64,000 nt of DNA from Clostridia bacterium (GCA_017936565.1 JAGBFG010000025.1:9347-73346); one strand, 5' to 3'. Shown: positions 20,410-29,692, counted from the first letter of the stretch. Numbers and translations: made by a program. The notes: generated from the letters alone by a model not told the origin.

Positions 20410-21123
20410 TCAGTCGCCAATTAAGGTGCCTAATTTTTCACCCATAACGGCTTTATAGATATTATCGGGGTTGGAAAGCCCAAACGCCAAAACGGGAATA
20501 TGCTTATCCATACAGAAGGCAGTCGCGGTAAAGTCTAGTGCCGACAAGCCCTTTTGCAAAATTTCGTTGTAAGAGATAGCTTCAAGCGGAACAGCGGTGG
20601 GGTCCTTGCGAGGATCTGCAGTATAAATAGCGTCGATATTTTTCGCCATCAAGACCACATCTGCTCCTATTTCCGCGGCGCGAACAGCGGCGGCAGTATC
20701 GGTAGAGAGGAAAGGAATGCCAAGTCCGCAACCGAAAATAACAACCTTACCGCTTTCCAAATAACGAATAGCCTTATCTCTGACAAAGGGCTCCGCAAAG
20801 CGCTCCATAGGAACGGCGGTCATCACTCTTGCGTCAATCCCCGCGCGCACGAAGGCGTCTTGCAGGGCAATAGAATTGATGGCAGTTGCCAGCATTCCCA
20901 TAGAATCCGCGCGAGTGGGGTCCATATCGCTTCCTTGTCTGCCGCGCCAGATGTTACCCGCGCCGACAATGACGCCGATCTCGACGCCCTCTGCCAAGCA
21001 TTTTTTCAAAACGCCTGCTACCGTCATCACAAAATCGTCATTCAGGATGCCCTGTCCACCTGCGGCAAGCGCCTCTCCCGATAGCTTTAATAAGATGCGG
21101 CGGTATTTTGGTTGTGTTTTCAT
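20410..21123 (-). CDS. pyrH: UMP kinase
   Basis: RRILLKLSGEAL, GAGNIWRG, ADSMGMLAT, STDTAAAVRA, YTADP. Confidence 0.96.
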   Translation of the reverse strand: MKTQPKYRRILLKLSGEALAAGGQGILNDDFVMTVAGVLKKCLAEGVEIGVIVGAGNIWRGRQGSDMDPTRADSMGMLATAINSIALQDAFVRAGIDARVMTAVPMERFAEPFVRDKAIRYLESGKVVIFGCGLGIPFLSTDTAAAVRAAEIGADVVLMAKNIDAIYTADPRKDPTAVPLEAISYNEILQKGLSALDFTATAFCMDKHIPVLAFGLSNPDNIYKAVMGEKLGTLIGD

Positions 21124-21329
21124 TTGTACTGACCCTTTCCTCATAAAAGAGGAGTCCTTTCTTTATCCGGTAACCATAGCGAAAAGCAGAGCTTCTCTCT
21201 TCGCCTATCGTTGCCTTTGAGTTTTGAAAACAAAAAATATATAACCTTCGTATTATTTTACTTCATTCTGCCCGTTTTGTAAACAGTATTTTGCAAAAAT
21301 GTTTGTAAACATTTATAGAATGAAGCGCG

Positions 21330-21974
21330 TTATCCGCGAATAAGAGAAATCGCCTCTTTGTAATCGGGCTTTCTGAACACGGAAGAGCCCGCGACCAGAA
21401 CATCCGCGCCCTTAGAGATGGCAGACGGCGCGTTTTCGGCTTGAATACCGCCGTCCACCTCAAGCAGCACGTCAAGCCCGCGTCTTTGCGTCTCTTTCTT
21501 CAAGAGAGATATTTTTTCCAAGGTTTCGGGGATCAGCTTCTGACCGCCAAAGCCCGGCTCAACAGACATAACCAAAACCAAATCGCAGAGCTCCAAATAA
21601 GGATATGCGGCATCAGCAGGGGTATTCGGTTTGATGGAAAGCCCCGCCATTTTACCGCTTGCCTTTATCATAGAGAGGGTTTCCTTGACGTCCTTACAGG
21701 CTTCTAAGTGAACGGTAATTAAGTCAGCCCCCGCCTTGACGAAGGAAGAAATATAGCGTATAGGCTCTTCTATCATCAAATGAACGTCAAAAAGCAGGTG
21801 ACTTTCACGTCGCACCGCCGCTATTACATCCGCGCCGAAGCTGATATTGGGAACAAAAGCACCGTCCATGACATCCAAATGAAGCCACTCGGCACCTGCC
21901 TTTTCAATAGCCGCCACTTCTTCTGCCAATCGGGAAAAGTCTGCCGCTAAAAGCGAAGGAGCAATTTTTACCAT
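21330..21974 (-). CDS. rpe: Ribulose-phosphate 3-epimerase
   Basis: IAPSLLAADF, HLDVMDG.FVPN, DVHLM, MSVEPGFGGQ, EVDGG, VAGS. Confidence 0.97.
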   Translation of the reverse strand: MVKIAPSLLAADFSRLAEEVAAIEKAGAEWLHLDVMDGAFVPNISFGADVIAAVRRESHLLFDVHLMIEEPIRYISSFVKAGADLITVHLEACKDVKETLSMIKASGKMAGLSIKPNTPADAAYPYLELCDLVLVMSVEPGFGGQKLIPETLEKISLLKKETQRRGLDVLLEVDGGIQAENAPSAISKGADVLVAGSSVFRKPDYKEAISLIRG

Positions 21975-22231
21975 TTTTTATTACCGTACCTTTCTGTCAT
22001 ATCTGTCATACTTTTCTTCATTTTGTTTGAGGTCCAGGATGTGTCCTGTTTTGGTTTTTGCCATATCCTAATAAAAGGGCGTGACATTTCAATATAGCCT
22101 AAATCACTTGGCAAAACCCGTATCTCCCTCCCGTTTTACAGACGCCGAAAGCCAAGGAAGTGCCCAACCTACAAAACGGGATCGATACTGTAAGGACTGT
22201 CGGAAACGGCAGTCCCTTTGATTTTAAGGAC

Positions 22232-22714
22232 TTATTCAATGGGAACGCACAGACAGACGGCGTGCGCCGCTATTCCCTCTTCCCTGCCTGAAAAGCCGAG
22301 CTTTTCCTCGGTGGTGGCTTTTACGCTGATACAAGAAATATCCGTCCCAAAAGCTACCGCGATATTTTGACGCATTTGCTCTATGTAAGGGGCAAGTCTT
22401 GGCTTTTGGGCGATAACGGTGATATCCATATTCCCCAAGCGATAGCCCGCCTCATTCATTCGGGCAAGGACGGCTTTGGTAAGTAAGGTGCTCGAAATCC
22501 CCTTGTACGCCTCGTCAGTATCGGGAAAAAGCTTTCCTATATCCCCTAAGCACAGCGCGCCAAGCACGGCATCCATCGCGGCGTGAAGCACAACATCGGC
22601 ATCCGAATGCCCCAAAAGCCCCAGAGTGTGCGGAATAGAAGCCCCGCCCAAAATCAGAGGTCTTTTCTCTACCAAGCGATGCACATCATATCCGTGTCCA
22701 ATGCGATATAGCAT
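22232..22714 (-). CDS. ispF: MEcDP synthase IspF
   Basis: RIGHGYDVH, GHSDADV, GDIGKLFPD, KATTEEKLGF. Confidence 0.96.
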   Translation of the reverse strand: MLYRIGHGYDVHRLVEKRPLILGGASIPHTLGLLGHSDADVVLHAAMDAVLGALCLGDIGKLFPDTDEAYKGISSTLLTKAVLARMNEAGYRLGNMDITVIAQKPRLAPYIEQMRQNIAVAFGTDISCISVKATTEEKLGFSGREEGIAAHAVCLCVPIE

Positions 22715-22727
22715 AGTTACCCTCTTT

Positions 22728-23501
22728 TCAGTCTTTATTTTCAGGCAGAACGCCTTTTTCTCTGCTTTGTAAAATAGCCTCTGCAAACAGCAAATCCTGC
22801 GGAACAGTCAATTTAATATTTTCTTTTCCACAGTCCACCATTTTAACGGCTTGCCCCAGCCTTTCAACCAGCATATTGTCGTCCGTTACCGCAAAGGAGT
22901 CCTTTTTCGCCATTTCGACGGCAACACGGTACAAGGAGATCTGGAAGACCTGAGGGGTTTGCGCCAACCAAACGGTTGCGCGCTCAGGGGTTTTCGTCAC
23001 AAAGCCGTTTTTATCCACCTCTTTCACAGTGTCGCTTGCGGGGGTGCCTGCGCTTGCGGCTCTTGTGCCATAGGCGGCAGAGACCACCTTATCAATCATC
23101 TTTGGCGTTATCAAGCAACGCGCGGCATCGTGAATAGCGATATATTTTATAGCAGGGGAAACCGCATCAAGACCCTTTTCAGCTGACTGCTGTCTGGTTT
23201 CTCCGCCAAGGACGATTTTAGAAACCTTTTTAACCTGATGCTTGCGCAAAAGGTCCTCTATCATTTTCTTCTCTTCCTGCCTTACGACAACCACGATTTC
23301 GTCGATATAAGGCGAAGAGTCAAATGCCATGACGCTGCGCACGACAACGGGTACACCGCAAAGCGTCAGCAATTGCTTGGTTGTTTCCGTGCATTGCATT
23401 CTGGCGCCAACGCCGCCCGCCAACACGACAGCGGCGGTTTTTGGACGGATTTTTCCGTTTAGCGTGCGCAAAATGCGGGAAATCTGATAGGTCAACCCCA
23501 T
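22728..23501 (-). CDS. ispD: MEP cytidylyltransferase IspD
   Basis: LAGGVGARM, GGETRQQS, IHDAAR, AQTPQVF, TDD, ENIKLT; adjacent to ispF. Confidence 0.94.
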   Translation of the reverse strand: MGLTYQISRILRTLNGKIRPKTAAVVLAGGVGARMQCTETTKQLLTLCGVPVVVRSVMAFDSSPYIDEIVVVVRQEEKKMIEDLLRKHQVKKVSKIVLGGETRQQSAEKGLDAVSPAIKYIAIHDAARCLITPKMIDKVVSAAYGTRAASAGTPASDTVKEVDKNGFVTKTPERATVWLAQTPQVFQISLYRVAVEMAKKDSFAVTDDNMLVERLGQAVKMVDCGKENIKLTVPQDLLFAEAILQSREKGVLPENKD

Positions 23502-23514
23502 AAAAACGCCCCCT

Positions 23515-23838
23515 TTACTTTCTGTAATACACGAAATAGGCGATATATTTACGGATTTTTCCGTTTTCTTCCTTATTGGGCGCTTCAAGTATGACGCCAT
23601 CACCCGACAAAAGATACGATGCTTCAAGCGTATTGATATCGGCGCGAAGCAGAATGGTATCCGATGAAAACAAAAGTAAATCACCGTTTCTTACGGAAAT
23701 AGAGCCGCCTCTGCCCACTACGATATCTTCCTCATTTCTTCGCTCCGTTACGTACTTGATTGCCTGCCCGTGCAGCTCTTGGGCGTGCTTCTTCCCTGTA
23801 GATGCCTTTTTGAATCCCAATTTTTGAAAAAGCCCCAT
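23515..23838 (-). CDS. Hypothetical protein (107 aa, beta-rich)
   Basis: Open frame with its own upstream promoter; 13 nt from the ispD start. Confidence 0.75.
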   Translation of the reverse strand: MGLFQKLGFKKASTGKKHAQELHGQAIKYVTERRNEEDIVVGRGGSISVRNGDLLLFSSDTILLRADINTLEASYLLSGDGVILEAPNKEENGKIRKYIAYFVYYRK

Positions 23839-23934
23839 ATTTTTCTTCTTTCTCTTCTTATGACGCGACATAAGAGGAAGCTGTTTTTTATCTGTTTTTC
23901 AGAAAACAGTAGTATTTCCACACGTTTTCATTGT

Positions 23935-23963
23935 ATTATAGCATATTTTCCGCGGAAAGTAAA
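23935..23963 (-). promoter_or_regulatory. Sigma-A promoter for hyp-ispD-ispF
   Basis: Minus strand TTTACT-17 nt-TATAAT with extended TG. Confidence 0.65.
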
Positions 23964-24005
23964 CAATTTTTGCATAAATTTTTATGAAACTTCTTCCATT
24001 TTTAC

Positions 24006-24041
24006 AAAAAAACTGCCCTTGCTTTTACTCTGCAAGGACAG
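24006..24041 (-). terminator. Terminator after khpA
   Basis: Minus strand CTGTCCTTGC-loop-GCAAGGGCAG followed by TTTTTTT. Confidence 0.8.
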
Positions 24042-24048
24042 CCTTTTC

Positions 24049-24282
24049 TTATTCGATTTCTACCGTGATATGATGACCGTTTCCGATGGATGCGGCCTTC
24101 ATCATGGTGCGTATTGCCTTGGCGATTTTTCCGTGTCTGCCGATAACCATACCGGTGTCCTCCGGCGCAACGGTCAAAAGCAATTTAACATCATTGCCTT
24201 CCACCGTTTCGGTTACGCAAACCTTGTCGGGCGAATCAACAATACCACGGGCGATATCCGTCAAAAGTTTCTTATAATCCAT
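24049..24282 (-). CDS. khpA: KH-domain RNA-binding protein KhpA (YlqC)
   Basis: DTGMVIGRHGKIAKAIRT; follows rpsP. Confidence 0.92.
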   Translation of the reverse strand: MDYKKLLTDIARGIVDSPDKVCVTETVEGNDVKLLLTVAPEDTGMVIGRHGKIAKAIRTMMKAASIGNGHHITVEIE

Positions 24283-24356
24283 TATTATTCTTTGTTTTTC
24301 TCGCGAAAAACGCCCTTCTCATTTTTTTGATACTCGTAGTGGTACTTAAAGGTCAA

Positions 24357-24602
24357 TCAGTTTGCGGATTCGCTTCTCTTCAACAAGGACTTAACAGTAT
24401 CTGTGGGTTGCGCGCCCTTTTTGATCCAATCATTTGCTCTTTCTGTATCGATTTTGATAACAGCGGGCTCCTTCATAGGATCGTAGTAGCCGATTTCCTC
24501 GATAAATTTGCCATCACGGGGATAACGGTTGTCTGCCACTACCACACGGTAAAAGGGAGCCTTCTTAGCGCCCATTCTTCTAAGTCTGATTTTAACTGCC
24601 AT
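24357..24602 (-). CDS. rpsP: 30S ribosomal protein S16
   Basis: [46 protein letters not shown]. Confidence 0.98.
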   Translation of the reverse strand: MAVKIRLRRMGAKKAPFYRVVVADNRYPRDGKFIEEIGYYDPMKEPAVIKIDTERANDWIKKGAQPTDTVKSLLKRSESAN

Positions 24603-24654
24603 TGTTTTTTTCCTCCGAAAATTTTTGTATTTTTAATTTTTTTAATAAGCTGTG

Positions 24655-25992
24655 TTAAAAGGGGAGCTTCATTCCGCCAAACATTCCGCCGCGATGACGG
24701 GATGCGCCTGACATCTGCTTCATCATTTTTTTCATCTGCTCAAACTGTTTAAGCAAGCGGTTGACATCCTCAACCGTCGTTCCCGAGCCCTTCGCAATTC
24801 TGCGGCGACGTGAGCCGTTGATGATGTCGGGCTGTATTCTTTCCTTCTCTGTCATAGAAAGAATGATGGCTTCCGTTTGCGCCATACGGGATTCATCCAT
24901 AGAAACGTCCTTCAATGCCCCCGCATTCATTCCGGGAATCATAGAAAGCAACTGCTCTATATTGCCCATTTTTTTGATCTGGTGCATCTGGTCCAAGAAA
25001 TCGTCTAAGGTGAAGGTTGCCTCGCGAAGCTTCTTTTCAAGCTCAGCGGCTTTCTTTTGGTCGACTGCCTCCTCCGCTTTTTCAATCAGGGAAAGAACAT
25101 CTCCCATTCCTAATATATGGGACGCCATTCTGTCGGGATGGAACAGCTCAATCATATCCATCTTTTCGCCCGTACCGATAAACTTAATGGGCTTGCCCGT
25201 TACGTAGCGCACGGACAAGGCGGCACCGCCTCTGGCGTCACCGTCGAGCTTGGTTAATACAACGCCCGTGATATCTAAAAGATCGTTAAAGGACTTGGCA
25301 ACGTTGACTGCCTCTTGCCCTGTCATTGCGTCAATCACAAGGAGTATCTCCGTGGGACTCACGGCGTTTTGGATATCCTTTAATTCCTGCATCAGCACTT
25401 CGTCTATTTGCAAACGGCCCGCGGTATCAATAAACACAAGGTCATAGCCGTTTTTGGTTGCGTAAGAAATGCCTTCCTTGGCGATTTTAACGGGAGAGAT
25501 ATCCGTTCCCATTTCAAAAACGGGAATATGCAACGACTCCCCCACCACCTGCAACTGCTTTATGGCGGCAGGACGGTAAACGTCACAGGCAACCAGCAAG
25601 GGATTTTTTCCCTTTTTCTTGTACATTCCCGCGATTTTTGCCGCGTGCGTCGTTTTGCCCGCGCCCTGCAAGCCCACCATCATCACGACGGTTGGGGGAC
25701 GGGATGAAATTTCAAGCCTGGGAGAATCGCTGCCCATCAGGGCAATCAATTCCTCGTGCACAATTTTAACGATTTGCTGCGCGGGAAGCAGGCTTTCCAT
25801 CACCGTTTCTCCCACGGCGCGCTCGGTCACGTTTTTTACAAAGTCCTTGACGACCTTGAAGTTTACATCAGCCTCCAACAGAGCGAGCTTAACCTCGCGC
25901 ATTCCCTCGCGGACATCTGCCTCGGTCAATCTGCCCTTGTTGCGAAATTTTCGCAAGGCGGCGCCTAATTTTTCAGTTAAGCTTTGAAACAT
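24655..25992 (-). CDS. ffh: Signal recognition particle protein Ffh
   Basis: ALLEADV, GLQGAGKTT, DTAGR, TKLDGDARGGAALS, ILGMGD, M domain RRRRIAKGSG. Confidence 0.98.
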   Translation of the reverse strand: MFQSLTEKLGAALRKFRNKGRLTEADVREGMREVKLALLEADVNFKVVKDFVKNVTERAVGETVMESLLPAQQIVKIVHEELIALMGSDSPRLEISSRPPTVVMMVGLQGAGKTTHAAKIAGMYKKKGKNPLLVACDVYRPAAIKQLQVVGESLHIPVFEMGTDISPVKIAKEGISYATKNGYDLVFIDTAGRLQIDEVLMQELKDIQNAVSPTEILLVIDAMTGQEAVNVAKSFNDLLDITGVVLTKLDGDARGGAALSVRYVTGKPIKFIGTGEKMDMIELFHPDRMASHILGMGDVLSLIEKAEEAVDQKKAAELEKKLREATFTLDDFLDQMHQIKKMGNIEQLLSMIPGMNAGALKDVSMDESRMAQTEAIILSMTEKERIQPDIINGSRRRRIAKGSGTTVEDVNRLLKQFEQMKKMMKQMSGASRHRGGMFGGMKLPF

Positions 25993-26004
25993 AAGGCTTC
26001 CTCC

Positions 26005-26361
26005 TTAGGCTTGGTTATTTTCTAAAATGGTGTTGGCGCAGGAACGCATTTCCTTTGCCAGAGCCACGGCATCTTCTCCCTCTTCCAATGCGTCGGTCAG
26101 AGATAAAAGCTTTTCAGCCGCCTCTTTCATTCTTTTATATCGGTTTGCCAAATGCAGCCTTTCTTCCCAAAAAAGAAGGTTCTCTTCCCCTTTTTTGATG
26201 ATATGGCGCACGCCCTGCCTTGATATGCCGATGCTATCCGCAATTTCGGCAAGCGACAAATCCTCTGCGTAATAAAGCTCAAGTATCGTTCTGTCGTGTT
26301 CCGACAAAACATCGCCGTAAAAATCCAGCAAGAAGGCAATTTGAAGGTTCTTTTCAAACAT
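26005..26361 (-). CDS. ylxM: YlxM-family HTH protein
   Basis: LLDFYGDVLS...YYAEDLSLAEIA..ISRQGV; immediately upstream of ffh. Confidence 0.9.
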   Translation of the reverse strand: MFEKNLQIAFLLDFYGDVLSEHDRTILELYYAEDLSLAEIADSIGISRQGVRHIIKKGEENLLFWEERLHLANRYKRMKEAAEKLLSLTDALEEGEDAVALAKEMRSCANTILENNQA

Positions 26362-26381
26362 TTTTTCTTCTCTTTCCTTTG

Positions 26382-26433
26382 ATGTAAAGCAAAACGCTTT
26401 ACATAGTATAGCATACCTTTCCTGCTTTGTCAA
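26382..26433 (-). promoter_or_regulatory. Sigma-A promoter of ylxM-ffh with a perfect inverted repeat just downstream of the -10
   Basis: Minus strand TTGACA-17-TATACT (TG-extended); ATGTAAAGC-n5-GCTTTACAT at 26382-26404. Confidence 0.75.
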
Positions 26434-26497
26434 GAGGTAAAACAGATTTTTTTATTTTTCTTTTTTAGGCTTTTTTAATAAAAACGGTAATACCCCT

Positions 26498-27052
26498 TTA
26501 TCTTTTCTCGACCAAATAGAAGAAGGGCGAGGTGGGCGAGTTTACAATGCGAAAGCAGGAAACGCAAATATGGCGCCTGTCAAAGTCCTTGAAATACTCG
26601 AAAAGCATCTCCCCTTCCTTCTTTCCTTCCTCGTGCCCCGGGTAAACGGCAATCATTAAAACACCGTCCATAGACAAAAGCTCTACTGCCGCCTTTACGG
26701 CAGGCAGGGTGGTTTCTCGCATAGTGGTTACCTGCTTTTTGTTGCTTCCGGGAAGATACCCTAAATTGAACATACCTGCCTTAATGGGCTCATTGACAAA
26801 TTCCTTCACACGATGGTGCGAGGCGCAAATCAAGGTGTAGTTCTCGGGGGCACCTTCCTCTTGTAAGCGCGCTTTGGTGGACGCCAAGGCGCTTTCCTGA
26901 ATGTCAAAGGCAAAGACCTTCCCCTTTTCCCCGACGGTGCGGGATAAAAACAGGGTATCGTTTCCGTTTCCCATTGTGAAGTCAACGGCAACATCTCCCT
27001 CTTTGAGATGCTGCAAAATAAAATGTTTTTGCAAGGACAGTAAATCTACCAA
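26498..27052 (-). CDS. Class I SAM-dependent methyltransferase, YtqB/MnmM-like
   Basis: AVDFTMGNGNDTLFL, FDIQ, FNLGYLPG, YPGH; probable TTG start with RBS GGAGG. Confidence 0.85.
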   Translation of the reverse strand: MVDLLSLQKHFILQHLKEGDVAVDFTMGNGNDTLFLSRTVGEKGKVFAFDIQESALASTKARLQEEGAPENYTLICASHHRVKEFVNEPIKAGMFNLGYLPGSNKKQVTTMRETTLPAVKAAVELLSMDGVLMIAVYPGHEEGKKEGEMLFEYFKDFDRRHICVSCFRIVNSPTSPFFYLVEKR

Positions 27053-27066
27053 AGCAACCTCCACCC

Positions 27067-28794
27067 TTACGACAAATGCGCAAGGCTCTCTCTTTTATGC
27101 ACATAGGCAGTATAATTGGTTTTATAGGTGACAAACCCCGGCTTTGCGGCAGGGGGCTTTTTCACGTTTTTCACCCTTGTATAATCCACCGCCACCAAAT
27201 CCGTCGTGGCACAGGAGTGATAGGCGGCAATTTCCGCCGCCTCGGTGTAATCCTGCTCATTGGGCTCTTCTTCCCCACAGACCAAAATCACGTGGGCGCC
27301 CGTTAGCCCCTTTACGTGAAACCATATATCCGTTTTTTTGGCGGTTTTGAAGGTTAAAATGTCGTTTTGCAGATTATTTCTGCCGCAAAGGACGGTATAT
27401 CCGCCAGAGGTTTTGTACTGTAAGGGACGCACCTTGACATTTTTTTGCGGGGTGTAACGGCGCATTTTGGAGCCATAGCCCGCATGATAGAGCTCATCGC
27501 GTATATCAGAGAGGTCTGCCTCGGTTTCTGCCGCCTGTAAGAAGTGCAAAACCGTTTCCATATAGGCAAGCTCCTTCTCGGTTACCGCTACCTGCTCTGC
27601 CAGAATTTCTCTTGCCTTTTTTGCCTTCGCATAGAGCTTATAGTTTTTTTGCGCGTTTTGGGCAGGGGTATAGCGCGAGTCAAGCGCCACAACCGTTTCG
27701 TCCGGCGGATCCTTTTCGTAATCAACAGCAACAAAGGAGAGCATTCCCTTTTTAAGACGGTATAAATTCGCCGTTATCAAATCACCCGTTTTGCGATATG
27801 ACTCTGCCAAGGAAGCGCTTTGCCATTCTTCTCTTTGCAAGGACAGCTTCTTTTCTAATTTAGCCTTGGTTCGTGTAACCAGACGAAGCAGGTCCTGCGC
27901 TCTTAAATGAATGCGCTCAATTCGCTCACGCTCACCGAAAAAGGCATCAAAAAGAGTGGAAAAGGTGGGATATTTCTCGGTAGAGCTATCAGGAAAATAG
28001 GTCAAGGGGAGATAGGAATATTCCAAGGGCTCGCCCTTTTCGTTACGGGTGATAGAGGGGGCAAGTCGCCCTTCCTTCAATGCAGAAAACCAAGCGCAAA
28101 AGGCGCTGTATAATGCTTGCTTGTTTGCCTCTACCAAGGAAACATCCGTTTGCCCGAGGGCGCGGAAGGCAATTTCTCTGAAAACCGAAAGCGCCGTGCC
28201 GCCAAAGGTATCGCTCAAAAAGCGCGTAACACCTCTTTCTTGGGGATACGCGACGATGGCGCTCTGCCATTCTTCCTTGGTCACGGTCAAGGGATTTTTC
28301 TTTTCGGGAACGGAAGGGGGCCGATAGGTAAGTCCTGGGAGCAGCTGTCGTATTTCGCTATCGGAAAAATCAATGGGCTTTAATACGGCAATAATTTTTT
28401 CTTTTCCATCGGTCACGATGATATTGCTGTATTTTCCCATCATTTCGGCATACAGATGCTTTTCTGACGAGAAGCCCATCTCGTCCCTTCCCATAAAGGT
28501 CAGCTTGCAGACGCGATCAAACCCGCATTGCTCTATTTTAACCAAAACAGCGGGACAAAGGTGCTTTCGCAGCAGCATACAAAACATAGGGGGGACTGCG
28601 GGATTATCCTTTGAAATATCCGTTAGGGAAATACGGGGGCAGATAGAGCCCACGTTCAAGGAGAGCTTTTTTCCGCGCAGGAAAAACACCACCTCGTCCT
28701 TGGTGGGCTGATATATTTTTTCAACCCGCGCGCCAAGACACGCACGGGATATTTCCTCTAAAACGGCAAACAGGGTGCCAGCGTCAAACGCCAT
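27067..28794 (-). CDS. rqcH: Ribosome quality control RqcH (NFACT/FbpA)
   Basis: MAFDAG, PPMFCMLLRKHL, EMMGKYSNI, GRNNLQND, DIWFHVK..GAHV, VDYT..KNVKKP..AKPGFV. Confidence 0.93.
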   Translation of the reverse strand: MAFDAGTLFAVLEEISRACLGARVEKIYQPTKDEVVFFLRGKKLSLNVGSICPRISLTDISKDNPAVPPMFCMLLRKHLCPAVLVKIEQCGFDRVCKLTFMGRDEMGFSSEKHLYAEMMGKYSNIIVTDGKEKIIAVLKPIDFSDSEIRQLLPGLTYRPPSVPEKKNPLTVTKEEWQSAIVAYPQERGVTRFLSDTFGGTALSVFREIAFRALGQTDVSLVEANKQALYSAFCAWFSALKEGRLAPSITRNEKGEPLEYSYLPLTYFPDSSTEKYPTFSTLFDAFFGERERIERIHLRAQDLLRLVTRTKAKLEKKLSLQREEWQSASLAESYRKTGDLITANLYRLKKGMLSFVAVDYEKDPPDETVVALDSRYTPAQNAQKNYKLYAKAKKAREILAEQVAVTEKELAYMETVLHFLQAAETEADLSDIRDELYHAGYGSKMRRYTPQKNVKVRPLQYKTSGGYTVLCGRNNLQNDILTFKTAKKTDIWFHVKGLTGAHVILVCGEEEPNEQDYTEAAEIAAYHSCATTDLVAVDYTRVKNVKKPPAAKPGFVTYKTNYTAYVHKRESLAHLS

Positions 28795-28823
28795 ATTTTT
28801 TCCTTTCTTTTTCTTACTTTTAC

Positions 28824-28852
28824 TTGCATTTTTCTTTATCTTATGGTATAAT
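28824..28852 (+). promoter_or_regulatory. Sigma-A promoter for the alpha/beta hydrolase
   Basis: TTGCAT-17-TATAAT with TG. Confidence 0.7.
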
Positions 28853-28897
28853 GCGGTATCAAAATCCGTGAAAACCAGGTCAAAAGGAGAATTCGCT

Positions 28898-29692
28898 ATG
28901 AAAACGCTTGCATTATGGGACAATCCCTCTGAGCTGAACAACGACCCTTCCATTGTTTTTCAATATTTCCCCGCGCAAAAGAAGAAGACGAAAGCCACCG
29001 TTTTGGTGCTTCCGGGCGGGGGATATCAAAACCGCCTGTATGAAACGCACGAGGGCGCGGGATATGCCGCATTTTTCAACAGCATCGGTATGGACGCCTT
29101 CGTCTTACAGTACCGCATCTTACCCTGCCACTTTCCTCTTCCCTTAATCGATGCGCGCCGCGCGATGCGGTACATCAGATTTCACGCGGAAGAATTTGAT
29201 ATTTGCCCCGACAAGATTGCCATTATCGGCTCTTCGGCAGGCGGGCATTTAGCCGCACTGACCTCTACCTATCTCGACGAGATTGAGGGAGAAGTAGAGG
29301 ACGAAATAGACCGCCTTCCTTTTTTGCCGAACGCCACTATTCTCTGCTATCCCGTAATCGAAATGGCAGATATGACCGTTGCGCACGTGGGAAGCGCTGT
29401 AAACCTTTTGGGCTTTAACAGGCTGCATTCTGCCGCCGCCTTTACTCCTTCCCGCATCGTGAGCGAAAAAACGCCCCCTGCTTTCGTCTGGCACACCGCC
29501 GAGGATGATCTTGTGGACGTTACAAACAGTCTGCGCTACGGTGAGGGGCTTCACAAGAAGAACATCCCCTTTGAGCTGCATATTTTCCCCCACGGACCGC
29601 ACGGTATGGGGCTTGCCAAGGACACACACGTAGGACAGTGGACGGGACTTTTGATAAATTGGCTCAAAAACATTGGATTTTTTGGAGAATGA
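28898..29692 (+). CDS. Alpha/beta hydrolase (esterase, BD-FAE-like)
   Basis: PGGGY, GSSAGGHL nucleophile elbow, D..V, HG; RBS AAGGAG. Confidence 0.9.
   Translation: MKTLALWDNPSELNNDPSIVFQYFPAQKKKTKATVLVLPGGGYQNRLYETHEGAGYAAFFNSIGMDAFVLQYRILPCHFPLPLIDARRAMRYIRFHAEEFDICPDKIAIIGSSAGGHLAALTSTYLDEIEGEVEDEIDRLPFLPNATILCYPVIEMADMTVAHVGSAVNLLGFNRLHSAAAFTPSRIVSEKTPPAFVWHTAEDDLVDVTNSLRYGEGLHKKNIPFELHIFPHGPHGMGLAKDTHVGQWTGLLINWLKNIGFFGE

Noticed and set aside
22104-22175. c-di-GMP-I riboswitch, SRP RNA or 6S RNA in the ispF-rpe gap
   Set aside because: Only scattered fragments (GGCAAA, GAAA, GCCAAGGAAG) resemble these; I could not build the required consensus helices.
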